A stretch of DNA of 64,000 nt from Carpediemonas membranifera BICM (Eukaryota; Protista; Fornicata). A program made the translations under genes and the position numbers. Location of the stretch: positions 1 through 64,000 of the forward strand of contig JAHDYR010000025.1 in assembly GCA_019828565.1 (NCBI GenBank), written 5' to 3'. Of this stretch, positions 1 to 12,380 are shown piece after piece. The notes below the pieces were generated by a model, which was not told where the DNA came from, did no database searches, and saw nothing but the letters and a program-made list of their open reading frames with translations. The first letter of the stretch is position 1; every line of letters begins with the position of its first letter.

Positions 1-292
1 ACTTATAGCGGTGATTTCCACACAATTCATCCAAATACTGATCAAAACATCAGAACTGCAAGTAAAATGGGTATAGATCGTTTATCCACGGAGATATCAA
101 TTGCTCCCAATCCCAGCTTGCAAGAAAAAGTTAAGGGGCTGTATTGGGGCTTGCACTGATATCTCTATATATGCCGACACAGTCACTGGGCTGTCCATCA
201 CTGAACAGCTCTAGCCCAATACAAAAACATGAGGGCTCGAAGTTTTGGCCTTCTCGGAAAAGGGTGGCGGAACGCTGCAACACTACAATGCT

Positions 293-359
293 AATGGACA
301 GAGGGGAGGAAGTGGTCCACTGGTATGTCCTATGGGTCGCTTCTTCCCCTCTGTCCATT
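293..359 (+). other. 27-bp stem hairpin (all non-Watson-Crick pairs are G-U)
   Basis: AATGGACAGAGGGGAGGAAGTGGTCCA ... TGGGTCGCTTCTTCCCCTCTGTCCATT; homologues at 9829-9904 and 50780-50855. Confidence 0.75.
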
Positions 360-682
360 TTTTACACGATATCGATTTGCCGGATTTGACACATGTTGTG
401 CGATCTTTAACTCCTCGCGTCCAACCACCTCTCCCAAACGATCTGCAAGATCGACCAGCCCCTGGATCACTTGGGCCTGCCTCCGTGCCCGGCCTGTTGC
501 GATCAATGATGGTGATTACTTGCAACGAACGCGATCACCGGAAATTACCTTACCTTACCTTACCTGCAGGTACCATGGGTGTTCGTTTTCGTCTCCAAAC
601 GCCATGGTGTAAGAGCATAAAGTGCATTTTCTGTTTACTGTGCCGTTGGGGATTGATGGCGCTGGCGTAGGGGTGCTCTGTG

Positions 683-782
683 GGCGCCAGGGATGACGGC
701 GCCAGGATGAGGGAGCCAAGATGAGGGCGCCAGGATGAGGCGCCAGGGATGACGGCGCCAGGATGAGGGCGCCAGGGATGAG
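683..782. repeat. Tandem repeat of ~13-16 bp GGCGCCAGG(G)ATGA units
   Basis: Directly visible; the same array with different unit numbers occurs at 11136-11250 and, inverted, at 49540-49627. Confidence 0.9.
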
Positions 783-2340
783 GAGTACAGTATCGAACCC
801 CGAAAACGCCATAATACCAACACCAATGAGCTTCATCAACGAAGATGCGCTCACTGGTGCCGGTTATGGCGTTTTCGGGGTTCGTCGATCATTCTGCTCC
901 CAAATCTGCACCTGTATTTTCGTGAGCATGCCCGGGAGCTATGCCTGACGAGTGGTGCCACAGGGACTAAGCTCCGCTGCTCAGCCTCTGCCAGGCGACA
1001 CTCGTCTCAATCATCTCAGCGACGTTGGCACCGTTGACTGACGAAGCTTGCATTGCACGCGTGGAGTCAACGGACATAGTGGGCTGCTCAGCGGTCTGAA
1101 CAGTGGGGTGGGGGTGGGGACGGCAGGATTGCGGCGCGGCTGGCACACCCGGAAGGCTCTTTGGGAGCTGTCGAGCTTGGAATTTCGCAAATGATCAATT
1201 TCAGCGTCAGTGAGGGTTACAAGCTGGCTGAGTCCGGCTATCAATGCGGCACGCCCTGTATCTGTCGCGTGAATTCCTTGGTAGATGCCCTTCGTGTTAG
1301 AGGAGAGTTTGCGGCCAGCAAGGTTCTCGATAGCCTTGGGTACTGACCTCATGAAGTCCTACTTGCGCGGCATGCGCTCTAGAATAGTTTTTGGGAGGAT
1401 TGCAAGGATTGCATCCGCGATGGAGCGACAATCGCATTTCGTGCTTCTCTCTTCCCAACGATAGCATGTTGCGATGATTGTGTGCACAATATCACGCACA
1501 GTATCTCTTGAAAGCCGCTCCTGGTCTTCTACCATACTGCCCCCCTTTTGTGGGGTGTAAAAAAACTGAGTGCAGTTTTAAGTTGGAAATGGAATCCTAC
1601 AGGTATAGAGACTATTACGAAGAGATAGGAACCGTTATAGCTGCAATTGATGCAATATTAGCACATCCAGGACTGTGGGCGGTAGCAGAGCGTGTTGGAA
1701 TGGATAGATTAGCAAGAGCGAAGGACTTACTCAATATAGAGCAAGAAAGGGCCAAATGCGGGATTCCGCCATCAAGTTCAGAAGAGTACAGTGATTCACA
1801 GTAAACCGTAGCGATCTATTGAGTTATATTCAGTTCTGGCCATGTTCGGCTTTTTCCGGAATGTCAAAAATTTGACACGTCCATTTTCTCCAAATTGCTG
1901 ATTGCCAACGCTAGACCAGACATGCCAGGCTGTAGTACACGTGCTATACTACAACGTGGTGGTTCTGGTTTGCCGTTGGCAATCAGCAATTTCGAGAACA
2001 GACAAACTTCTTTTGCGATTTTTGCAACTTCTGGAGCATATATCATTTGGTACAGACCCAGCCACGCAATAAAAACGCATAGCGTGGCTTACCATGGTCG
2101 GAACTATCCTAAAAAAGTTTGCGGTAAATATTGAGTAAATATTTAATATAGATCTCGAGATTTAACGTCCCTTAGGTAGCCCTTGGATGCAAACATCCGC
2201 CCAGTAAATTTCGCTGTACAGCTCTAGCCCAAGACAAAAATATGAGGGCTCGAAGTTTTGGCCTTCTCAGAAAAAGGTGGCAGCATACTGCTACTTTTCT
2301 TTGCTTGAGTAGCTGTATTACACCCCCTCCAGACAGCATG

Positions 2341-3679
2341 ACTCCTTCCACTCTGGTTCTCTGCCTCTACTTACCTTCGCGTACTGCTTAAGCAGGATTT
2401 CACTGATCGTGGCCTTGTCCGTGGTGATCATTCCGTCCTTGAGCAGGCTGCCAGGCATCCCTTTGTACTGGTTGTCGCACCACCATCTTCTGACTGCAGC
2501 CTCTACCATTGATCTCGATGCTTTATATCCCTCTCTTGTGCTCTTGCTGAGGTCGGCTATCCACTCTTCTCTGCGTTTGTCCCAGTACTTCTTCAGTTCG
2601 CTGTTCATTAGTCTCGTCCTCACCTTGTTGCCTGCTTCTGACCATTCTGTTTCATGGAGGTCGGCCCATGCGCTGTCTTGTACTATCTGCTCTCGTGGTT
2701 TGGCTCTCTTCTCCCCGGCTGGTTCCCCCAGGCAGGCTCTGATTGTCTCCTCCCACTGATCTATCGATCCGTTTCTGTCTAGCTCCTTGATTGTTGTGTG
2801 GCCCTCCCTCTCTTTCATATTCCATGTGTGCACTCCTGGCATTTCCAGGCCACTGTCATCGTCTCTGTTGGCTCTGTATCGGGGTTCTTCCCAGGCAAGC
2901 TTGACCCCTTCGTGGGCCGACCCCCATACTCCCAGCACTGTCGAGCTGACCACTTGAATCTCTGCTTTCCTGATTCCCTCTGAGACCATTGCGAAGTCCG
3001 GTGTGGTGTTGCCACTGGATAATGTGCCCCTCTCTGGTATGATTGCTCTGAGTTTGTGTTTGTCCATAACATCCTTCCACCTGGTGGTTCCGTGTGCCGG
3101 CCCTGGGGCCATGTTCCAGTCCCCAATGATGATTGCTTCCATGTCCCCTTTCATGTCCAGTATCTCTTGGATGTTGTCTCTGAACTGATCTTTCACTGTC
3201 TTCCCTTTATCTGAAGTGGGTGCATACACTGTGATTACCATGATGTCTCTGCTCGTCCTCATAATACTCGCCTGCACTCTTCCTGACAGGCTGTCAGTGA
3301 TGCCGACATCCCATGTTGCTCTGGCATGCGGGCTTACGATTGTGCCGATGCCTTCTCTGGTCCCGTGCCACTTGGGTGTAGGGGGGTCGTCACCTGTGAT
3401 TCCCAGTTGTCTGTTCACGCGATGCTGGCACCTGGTCTCTCTTTTCCGCTTTTCGTTCGTTGTTGCTAGTGTTTCCTCTGTTTCTCTGCCTGCTAAAGCG
3501 TACTGGAAGTCTATGAAGTTGTGGACTCTTGTGTTTGCTGTTCTCCATGTCTCTTGCATGCAGACTGCTTCAATGTCTCTGAATTTGGTTTGTATTGCTG
3601 TTGCTATTGATGCCGTGAAGTCCTTTCCTCGTCCTATGTGCCCCTGAGTGTTCAGGCTTAAGATCTTGAACGTTTCCAT
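2341..3679 (-). pseudogene. LINE ORF2 N-terminus: APE/EEP endonuclease, truncated before the RT domain
   Basis: Motifs ILSLNTQG, CMQETW, TVYAP, IIGDWN and GSAH; homology to family-2 ORF2 stops at EPEWK, at the 2340 terminus. Confidence 0.85.
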
Positions 3680-3752
3680 GTTGTACTCTGCTCTGATCCT
3701 TATCCTGCGAATTCTGAGAATTTCTGCAGGGGCTAAGGGTTCACTGTGTCAC

Positions 3753-3947
3753 TGTCCCGTCAAGGGGCCTCGATGCCGGTCTTGGTAACCCTTGGCGGGC
3801 CAGCATCCGTGCTTCTTGGTGACCGATTCGCCCTCGGGCATGGATACTTAGGAGGGGGCGCAGTGGCGTGACCCCCCCTTTGGCTGCCGCCTGCAACCTA
3901 CTGGCAGTGCCCGTGGGCTAATGCCAGGCCCTGGGTGGGAGCCAGGG
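3753..3947 (-). promoter_or_regulatory. Conserved structured inter-ORF RNA element, family 1 copy
   Basis: More conserved with 55415-55608 than the flanking coding DNA; stems CCCTGG/CCAGGG, CTGGCA/TGCCAG and GGTTGC/GCAGCC. Confidence 0.6.
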
Positions 3948-4012
3948 TTATATAAAGAAAGAAAGTCTGATACACTAGTTTCTGAAAGAATACTGCTTTA
4001 TCTCTGATCCAC

Positions 4013-5998
4013 TTACTCCTCCGAGACCTCACTTTCACTGGCATCATCATACGGTTCAGGGTCGCGGGCCTGACCACCTTGCATGTTGGCCATGAAGGAC
4101 ATGAACTGTGTCATCATCTCCATGGGGTCCATCTGTCTGGTGGTCCTGGTTCTCCTGCTCTTGTTCCTGCGACGGGGCACTACCGCGGCGTCTCTGTTCT
4201 TGACCATCTCAATCGGTGGTCTGACAAGGGGGTCGGGTTCAGTGCCTGCCAGGTCTGCGGGTCTCTGCCGGGCGGCCTTGAGGGCTGAGATTTCTCGCTG
4301 TGCCTCTGCCAGTTGAAGTAGGAGCCTCTGTTTCTCGAGCGTCCTGCTGGTCCGGTAGTCTGCTTCTTACCGTCCCAGCGGTGTCGTCACTGTGTCTGCT
4401 CCTCTTTCCTGACTCGGATAGGTCGTCTCTGCCTTGGCTGCCTCGCTTGCCGGCTGCTGAGGAGTGGTTGCCTCTGCGGTTGTCTCTGGTTGTTCCAAGA
4501 TGTTCTCTAAGCCACTCGTTTCTCTCCCGCTGGCGCCTCTCTGCCTCTTCGAAGTCGGGTCTGATCCGGAGACCGCCCTGTTCTGCTCTGTTGGCCCTGG
4601 CTTCCAGACGTTCGAGCTCCGTGTCGCGTTCATAGATTTCAGGACGTCTGATTTCTCTGTCGATGAGGCGCCCAGCCTCTCTGTCGTCAGGGTGTCTGAT
4701 GTCTCTTTCGGTGGGTTGGTCAGCTTCTCTGGCGATGGGGCGTCTGACCTCATAGTCAGCCGGACGTCTGGCCTCTCTGTCAACTTGGTGACCCACCTCT
4801 CTGTCGTGGTGTCTCTCATCTCTGATGTCCGGGCGCCTGATCTCTTTGTGGTCACGGCGCTCGTCCTCGCGGCGTCTGTCCACCCGGGTTGCCGGGTCCA
4901 GGATGTCTCTGAAGTTCCTGCCTACCACTTGGTGCTCGACTTCGCCGACTGCCATCTGGAGGTGAGTGTCTCTGTACGTGACCCTGAAGGGCATCTCGTC
5001 CTTGCCGTCCACGTCGGGTTTGTATCCGCTGGGTGGGATGCCCCCCATTCTGACTCTGGCCTCTTCCGGGATCACTGTGGTGACCATGCGTCGGCCTTCC
5101 CAGCGCATGCGCTTCAGGATAGACCCCGCGTCTCTGGTTCTGATCATTCCCCAGTCTCTGGGGATGAATGCGACTCTGATGGAGGCTCTGGCGTTCGGGG
5201 GGCTTTGACATTGGCTATGCGCCCTTCAAACTCTCTGAGTGCCTCTGCTAGCTCTTCGCATCCCCAGGTCTCTTGCCGGGCGATGCGCTCTCTGCTGGGC
5301 CACCAGTTGACGAGCTGTGACAGTGTGACCATGTTCTCTTCGTTGTGCGCTCCAAGGCCGGCTCGGCCCTGGACCGCTCTGAGTTGCTCTGGGTTGTCTA
5401 GCTCCTCTTCCAGTGTCCAGATAGGGTTCCTAGTGACTCTGTTGTCTCTGTCAGTGAAGGCGTCAGGGGATAGGAGCAGGCCCTTCATCCCCATCGCTAC
5501 CTCTGCAAATCCGAAGCCAATGCCGAACCTGTGTTCTCTGTCTGGCACTACAAGGAACCTGTTGCCCTGGTGCCCGTCTCTGATCTCTCTGAACGCTGGG
5601 TGGGGGCCAAACTCCTGGAACGCTGTGTGCCTCGGCTGGAACCCCCAGCCCTGCTATGATGTCACTGCTTTCTCTGGCTGCTCTGACCTCTTCCTCAATG
5701 GCTGGCTGCAGCAGTCTGAGGGCGTCCTCTAACTCACCGATGCCGTTGGTGCCTCTGAATAGTGCTAGAACTCTGATTGCGAACAGTGTGCTGTCCGCCA
5801 GTGCGCAGTGATAGCACCCCGCCGTGTGGCTGTGGTAGGGGCATACTCTCTTGGGTGCTTCCCGTGATTGCCACCGGCTGGTCCACAGGTCTAGCCACTC
5901 CATGCTCTGCGCGTTGTTGTAATTGACTCTGAATCTCTGTTCGAGGTCGGGTCTAGCCCTGACCAGCAGCGTTGGCAGCTCGTTCTCGTCCACTAGTC
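4013..5998 (-). pseudogene. LINE family 1 ORF1 C-terminal half: end of the Maelstrom-like domain plus an Arg/Asp/Glu-rich repeat region
   Basis: CPYHSHTAGCYHCALADS; track ORFs 5463-5993, 5144-5548, 4239-5147 and 4013-4207 join through small frameshifts, mostly at homopolymers, and align end to end with 55677-57520. Confidence 0.75.
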
Positions 5999-6072
5999 CA
6001 TACTGTCAATTCCTTGACTTCAAGTCAAGTTTTTGTGACTTAAAGTCAAGGCCAAAACTTGACTTTAAGTCA
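5999..6072 (+). repeat. TIR, A-type end
   Basis: CATACTGTCAATTCC followed by three TGACTT-N-AAGTCA palindromes. Confidence 0.9.
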
Positions 6073-6254
6073 AGACGTTTGAATTAATCAGAGGAACCAG
6101 GCTCTGTCAGTAAATAAGAATGGTATGGCTGGGTAGCAGTACTAGTTCTCTATTCACTGCATTGATGGCTAACTGTGGGCTAAGCTGTGACCTGAGTATG
6201 GGTGACTTCTTCTTGACGACGAGAGCCATTTTTTTCAAGTTCGACCACTTTGGC

Positions 6255-6337
6255 TCTGTCCCCTTCGCAGTTTTTTGCAGGATCTGATCTACACCAGTAG
6301 TGCTTGTGATCCAACAAAAATCTGCGAAGGGGACAGA
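6255..6337. other. Subterminal inverted repeat (16 bp perfect outer stem); second copy at 18373-18456
   Basis: TCTGTCCCCTTCGCAG ... CTGCGAAGGGGACAGA, with inner TTTTT/AAAAA and GGATC/GATCC pairing. Confidence 0.8.
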
Positions 6338-8055
6338 ACAGATCTCGAGATTTTTAGCAAAAGACTCGGGCCGAGTCGAGTGGCGTTATTGATGAGCGCA
6401 CAGCTCAGGGAATTTTTCAACGCTGCAACTAAAAACCAAGAGGCCGAGTAAACACAAGGAGTACTACACGATGATGCCCAGACCGTCGTGTAAGGAGAAC
6501 ATTCTTGGGCGGTCAACGCGAAGAAAAAGTTAAAGTTATTGGAATTAAAAAAAGACGGCAATGTACTCGCCCTTGGCTGAAACCTCAGGCATAATGGTTT
6601 CAGGTGTGAACTCTTCCAATTGGGGGAGTTATTGTTATTGTTCAGTTTAAGGTCACGCCGCCTGCATGAAAAAAAATGGTAATGACGGAAGCAATGTCGG
6701 AGATATCCAGAAATGACTGTGATAGAGCTCATAGCAAGACAGCATACGAGATATTTGCCCATCTGAGCATGCTTTCGCTCATTCTAGATGGCATAAGCCT
6801 CTTTTCCCACAACTAATCAATATCAAGTCGGTTTTTACTCAGTATCGCTCGCTCAGACATCTGAAACGTCCCCATTGGCAATATAACCCTGCTGGAACAG
6901 TGAAGTGGCGAGCATAGAGTTCTATTGATGACGAAAGGTTGCGACCGGCAAGCGCCTGGTTCATACGGCCATTTGGGGCGGCGCGAGAGCCAATCTCGTT
7001 AATGAAAGGTAGGATGATGCGCGTATGAGTGTTTGTAGGGTCAATAACGACCTTAATAACGAGTTAGGACGTGTGGCAGGGCCGTGCGCTGCCGGAATAC
7101 ACAGGGCAGATTCGCCCCGTTGATTCCAGAAGCTCGCCGCTCTTCCACGCACGATAGTCAATGCAGGGATAGATACACATCTGGACCTCTTTTATACAGC
7201 CAACCAGGCTCCGCATAAACTGCGCATTTCAGATGACGCCCGATGAAGAAAACACACGAGCGACGCCGGTATCGCCGGCGAAACGTATAGCATTAACGAT
7301 TGAAGGGAGAATTGGAGCTAGACGTTGTTTATGGGATTCAACGAGCGCACTTCATTGATTCTCGCATTGATGGTGAATTAGAGCAGATGAAGCGCTGCAC
7401 GGCAAGGATCAAGACATTTTGTTCATACTACATAGCAAATTACAACGAGTTTTCGATGTGAATAGATCTGTAAATAGAGAGAAACCTGTAGCAGCCGATA
7501 AACACTGTCAGTCAACAGCCCAACCGAAGACACGCCAAAACACAAGCACAAGTCAGTTTTACTCAGTTTGATTCCCGCAATTGCAGAGTAGTTCTCATGG
7601 CAGTCTTTGCAGAGATTGCAGAGATGATGGGGTGGAGACACTCGATATTTGCATTTGTAGATGAGTTGGAGATAAATGTAGTCACTGACGCTAATCACCT
7701 TTTTGCAATGACACGGATGACGGAGTTCGTCATTCAATCTCGTTGCGAGCCATAAAGTGCACCAATAGTGGCTCAGTCATCAATCAGTGCCAATGAGCTA
7801 TAGAGCTTTATTGAGGATATAAGCTTGTATAATAACACATCAATAGCGTCTGACGGCCGCTATGGCCCATGATACTCAATAACAACATCAAACGAGTCAA
7901 AGGAACCACGAAACCACACAAGGAACGAGCTAGAAGAAACGATATGAACTTTAATTGCATAAACAACATCAATACTGCCACCAGCTGTCCAGTCAGCGCC
8001 CCAAAGCCAACAGCACCACGGCAGCACCACGACGCCACCGCAATTCATTCATTTA

Positions 8056-9591
8056 CTACTGACTCATTCCACAAAAATAACAGTCATCCTCTGTGTTCTG
8101 TTGGGCAGACAGGTGCGATTCTGCCTTCCTCAGCTCAACAGGTGTTGCATGGTACACTTCCGCGTGTGCTGTGACGTCAGTTGGCGTGCCGGAGATATAA
8201 ATGTAGTCATTGACGCCAATCACGTTTGCAATGACACGGATGACGGACATGCTCGCATTAGTGTTTGTCAGGGTGATGTTACCCTTGTCTCTACCCTGGA
8301 AGAAGACGATTGTGCCGTCCTGGATGGATGCAATGGGCACGTTGTGAATCTGTGACCAGACCTGAATTGCGGTGTCCCGGCAGTATGGAAGACTGTCGTT
8401 CTTGCCACCCTTGCCTGTTGAACTGGCATGGCTGTAAAAGAGCTGATAGTCTGCCGGAAGTAGGTCGCGCTTCTGCATAATCCCTGCAGCAGCTTGAAGC
8501 TGCTCACGCCAATCTGTTGTCGGTACGTCACGCTCGTTAGACACATGCCTGAGGCAGTGGCCAACACAGTCACCATCGCCTGGGGGTTGTACGGCTTGAA
8601 CTTCGACCGGAGGTGACGTGTGAACTCGTCCAGGCAGTCCTCTCTCTCCTCGGTCTGGACATCCTTGTCATCTGTCGGGGTACGGTCGTCACCTTCGTTC
8701 ATCTCAGTTCCAGTCTCGCAGGTCACAGGTCTGGCCTTCTCGGGCTCAGTCTGGATACAGGCGTCGCATTTGGTCACGTCCTCCTCATCTGACTCACCCT
8801 TCTTCTCAACAGTCACCTCCTCCTCTATCTCCTCCTCCTCTGACTCCTCCTCCGAGTCCTCTGGCCTGGCCTTCTCGGGCGTGATGATGAGGGCCTTGCG
8901 CTTCACAGACATGGCTGCCTGCGCCTCGTCCGTATCGCGTCGGGGACAGGAAGTCCTGGAGACTGTGCCAGACTGTGGCGGGATGGGGCTGCATGGGAGT
9001 GATGCATCCATGGACTTGTCAGCGTCATAGGCTGCCTCTCGCTCAGCCTGCTGCTGCAGAAGGCGTCGATGCAGCGTGATGACTTCCTCACTCTTTGCCG
9101 TCAAGCTCTTCCTCAACTGCTTGACTCTCTTCTTGTATCCTCGAACAATTTTGTGATAGTAATCGATGATAGCGCCAGTACCTGGGGGGAGCAGGGGCGT
9201 ACCTTCTCCCGCGGGGGTCTCCAACCATTCCAGGGCGATGATGTACTCTTCGAAGTGCGAGCGGCAGGAGTGCTTCATGTAAGCAAGGTCTGCCTCCTTG
9301 CTGCGCACCCTGGCAACCATTGCTGTGACATGGTCGCGCACAAGCGCGTTGGTGGATGTCGCGTTGCGCCACGCCCGAACCTTGACACTCAGCGCCTCTT
9401 TTTCGATACGCGCGCCCTCATTCTCCTTGGCATACTCAGCCCTCTTGGAGTTCTTGAAGGCTGTGACAGCGGCCGACTCAAACGCCTTCATCTCCTTCTC
9501 CGTGAAGGTTGCCTCGATGATCTCGTTCGAGGTCTTATCCTGCACCTGCTGAGACAGCAATGCCTCGAGTTCTGCCTTCTTCTCGCCCTGA
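8056..9591 (-). pseudogene. OTU-like protease gene, exon 2, separated from its exon 1 (20311-20510) by the 9592-20310 insertion
   Basis: Reverse complement of 15120-16655; broken exactly at the TIR starting 9592. Confidence 0.75.
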
Positions 9592-9665
9592 CATACTGTC
9601 AATTCCTTGACTTCAAGTCAAGTTTTTGTGACTTAAAGTCAAGGACAAAACTTGACTTTAAGTCA
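9592..9665 (+). repeat. TIR, B-type end
   Basis: Identical to 5999-6072 except one base (GGAC vs GGCC). Confidence 0.9.
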
Positions 9666-9828
9666 TTTTGCAAGAAAAAATGAACTCGACGATGAGACGG
9701 AGCTGGATCTTCAAAGTGGTATGGTAGTACTTGGCTATACCTAAGCAATACGCATGCGCAGTATCAAACTTTAAATCCTGCTAGAAAAAAGTAACATAGG
9801 GACAAATTGGAATTGAGAGTTGAGACTC

Positions 9829-9904
9829 AAAAAACGGGCAGGGGGGAGGAAATGGTCCATAGGTACGACTTATGGGTCGCTTCCTCCCCTCTGCCCCTTT
9901 TTTT
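9829..9904 (+). other. Subterminal hairpin, homologue of 293-359
   Basis: GGGCAGGGGGGAGGAAATGGTCCATA ... TATGGGTCGCTTCCTCCCCTCTGCCC flanked by A and T runs. Confidence 0.75.
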
Positions 9905-11135
9905 ATCGCAAAATCGATTTGCCGGATTTGACACACGTTTGATGTGATCAAAATGGATTTGATAGACATGGGTCCAGATCATCCAGTTGGCCATCCTGAA
10001 GCGCTGGGGCGGCCTGCAGACCGCAGCAATGCCTCTGCTGAATGCCCTTCATGCCTGACGGACAGGACGCGCGTTGACTCTAAAGGACTGCATGTTTCGG
10101 CATCAGAAGAAGGCGCGGAATACAGCGGAGTCATCGCCGAACCGCTCCGACCAAGTCGGTTATTAGGACATCGCGTTCAGACGGCCTCTGCAATTACCAA
10201 GTCAATAGATGGGAGTCGACCTGATCAGCACGTCATTTGGGGCCTCAGGTGACTCTATAGCTGAGTTTGGCTGGGCGCTGCTGCGGCCATGGGCCGCTAG
10301 TGCCCTTACTGGCACGTTTCTCCTCGTATAGCGGCCGTAGAGGTCTGATCTGAGCCTCGTTATAATAGTCTGCCCGAGTAGAGTCCAGCCATACCGTAAA
10401 TGTCCCCCATTCCCCCCCTCCCAGTCGCTCATACCTCCAAAATGGCCTATATTCCCTGTAGGAAGCTTAATAAGGGCCGATTTCCCATAAGTCGTGGCAT
10501 AGAGGGAAGAGACTTTGTACACAGCCTCCAGATCGTGGGTTCAATTTTCACCGGGAGCAATATGCTCTTTTTGGCAGACAACGCCGCTCCGAGCTCTATT
10601 GCGCCCAGCGGTGCCTGCAGCGGCCAGAACAGAGCTAGAATTCGGGTGATTTTTAATCTCGATCGAAATGCTGCTGAAGCACGCTCTAGAGGCACTGAAG
10701 CGCTCCTCGAGGCGCCAATGAATGGAGATAAATCGTGTTGTTCGCGTTTACTTTGAATACTGCAGCAATAATGGAGATGATGAAATTTGCTGGGTAATAC
10801 GGACATATTCCTGAACTCCACGTCCTGGAATCGTCATAAAGCTCCTACACGATCACTCTACATGCCCCGGAAGCATTGTACGCATGCTCTGAACCGCTGG
10901 AGCTGATGTTGGGCTGCTCCGCAGGATAAGGGATGATCGCTCATGGACGTCTGACAGCAGATCCTGGACGATAGAAGGGACGAAGAGAACACGTAAACAT
11001 TTACATTCATTGCGACGCGTATGCCAGCTGGGTTGGCACTGGCGACATCAACGCAGACTTCGCCATCGCTGTCGGTGGTAGGCGAGTCGTTGATGTTGTT
11101 AGGGAGTGATGTGGATGATGGAACTTGCTGTTGAG

Positions 11136-11250
11136 GGCGCCAGGATGAGGGCGCCAGGGATGATGCGCCAGGATGAGGGCGCCAGGATGAGGGCGCCAGG
11201 GATGAGGCGCCAGGGATGAGGCGCCAGGATGAGGGCGCCAGGGATGAGGA
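11136..11250. repeat. GGCGCCAGG(G)ATGA tandem array
   Basis: Directly visible. Confidence 0.9.
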
Positions 11251-11611
11251 GTACAGTATTTGAACCCCGAAAACGCCATATTACCAGCACCAATGAGCTT
11301 TATCAACGAAGATGCGCTCACTGGTGCCGGTTATGGTGTTTTCGGGGTTCGTCGACATTTCTGCTCCCAAATCTGCACCTGAATTTTCTGGAGCATACCC
11401 GGGAGCTGGGCCAGACGAGTGGTGCCACAGGGACTAAGCTCCGCTGCTCAGCCTCTGCCAGGCGACACTCGTCTGAATTCTGCACGAAAAAATTCAGACA
11501 ACGAAAGATGGGCAAAGGGCCCCGAAAACGCTGAAGTACCAGCGCAAGTAGAGCGTTTTGCAATAAAATAGCTTACTTGCGCTGGTGCTGGTGTTTTCTG
11601 GGCCCTGAATT

Positions 11612-11952
11612 GCCCCCGTGCTCTCTCCCGGGCTCTCTCCCGGACGTTCCCCCGGGCTCTCTTCTCCTGGGGCTCTCTCCCCCGGGCTCTCTCCCGGACG
11701 TTCCCCCGTGCTCTCTCCCGGGCTCTCTCCCGGACGTTCCCCCGGGCTCTCTTCTCCCGGGGCTCTCTCCCCCGTGCTCTCTCTTGGACGTTCCCCCGGG
11801 CTCTCTTCTCCCGGGCTCTCTCCCGGGCTCTCTCCCGGACGTTCCCCCGGGCTCTCTTCTCCCGGGCTCTCTCCCCCGGGCTCTTCTCCCGGATGTTCCC
11901 CCGGGCTCTCTTCTCCTGGGGCTCTCTCCCCTGTGCTCTCTCCCGGACGTTC
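11612..11952. repeat. C/T-rich compound minisatellite (CCCGGGCTCTCT and CCCGGACGTTCC units)
   Basis: Directly visible; reduced to about one unit at the homologous position 49147-49175. Confidence 0.9.
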
Positions 11953-12380
11953 CAGAAGAGACAATGGCTATTTCTGGAATCCAATGGACAGTTGGTGGCA
12001 GTATTGATGTTGTTTATGCAATTAAAGTTCCTATTGTTTCTTCTAGCTCGTTCCTTGTGTGGTTTCGTGGTTCCTTTGACTCGTTTGATGTTGTTAATGA
12101 GTATCATGGGCCATAGCGGCCGTCAGACGCTATTGATGTGTTATTATGCAAGCTTATATCCTCAATAAAGCTCTATAGCTCATTGGCACTGAGAAAATAG
12201 TGGGAAGTCGGTTCCCACTATTGGTGCACTTTATGGCTCGATCTCAATCCGCTGGTCTCCGACAGGCAAGAGAGCGAGACAGGAATAAATGAATGTATAT
12301 CTGACTGTCTGGTCAGCTGCGCCAAGTCGATGGCTTAGTCAGTGTTTGAGTCATTCCCACGACATATTTACTTCGTTCAT

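Larger units (their letters stand above)
1..2340. mobile_element. Right end of another member of the CATRCTGTC-terminus cargo transposon family (left end not identified in the window)
   Basis: The minus strand from 2340 reads CATGCTGTCTGGAGGGGGTG, similar to the TIR start CATACTGTCTCCGGGGGGGGTG at 26436. It truncates the LINE ORF2 exactly here. 293-395 and 683-1007 are homologous to 9830-9935 and 11136-11474. Confidence 0.55.
2341..5998 (-). mobile_element. Non-LTR retrotransposon family 1, middle part (ORF1 C-terminal half, inter-ORF RNA, ORF2 endonuclease)
   Basis: Colinear protein-level homology with family 2 at ~54020-57520; bounded on both sides by DNA-transposon termini. Confidence 0.85.

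Noticed and set aside
206-2280. ~65 bp direct repeat (206-270 and 2217-2280) as LTRs
   Set aside because: The copies are diverged, with no TSD or retroelement coding between them; more likely an internal subterminal repeat.
5144-5147. ATGA stop-start coupling between LINE ORFs
   Set aside because: Comparison with family 2 (FIPRDWG frame) shows a single ORF broken by homopolymer indels.
5999-6036. RSS-like reading: CATACTG (5/7 to CACAGTG), 22 bp spacer, AGTTTTTGT
   Set aside because: The nonamer-like sequence is in the wrong orientation, is absent from C TIRs, and the invariant CAC is missing; no RAG2-like gene can be supported.
683-11952. CRISPR-like arrays, and ORFs translated from the tandem repeats
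   Set aside because: No unique spacers or cas genes; the ORFs are low-complexity artefacts.
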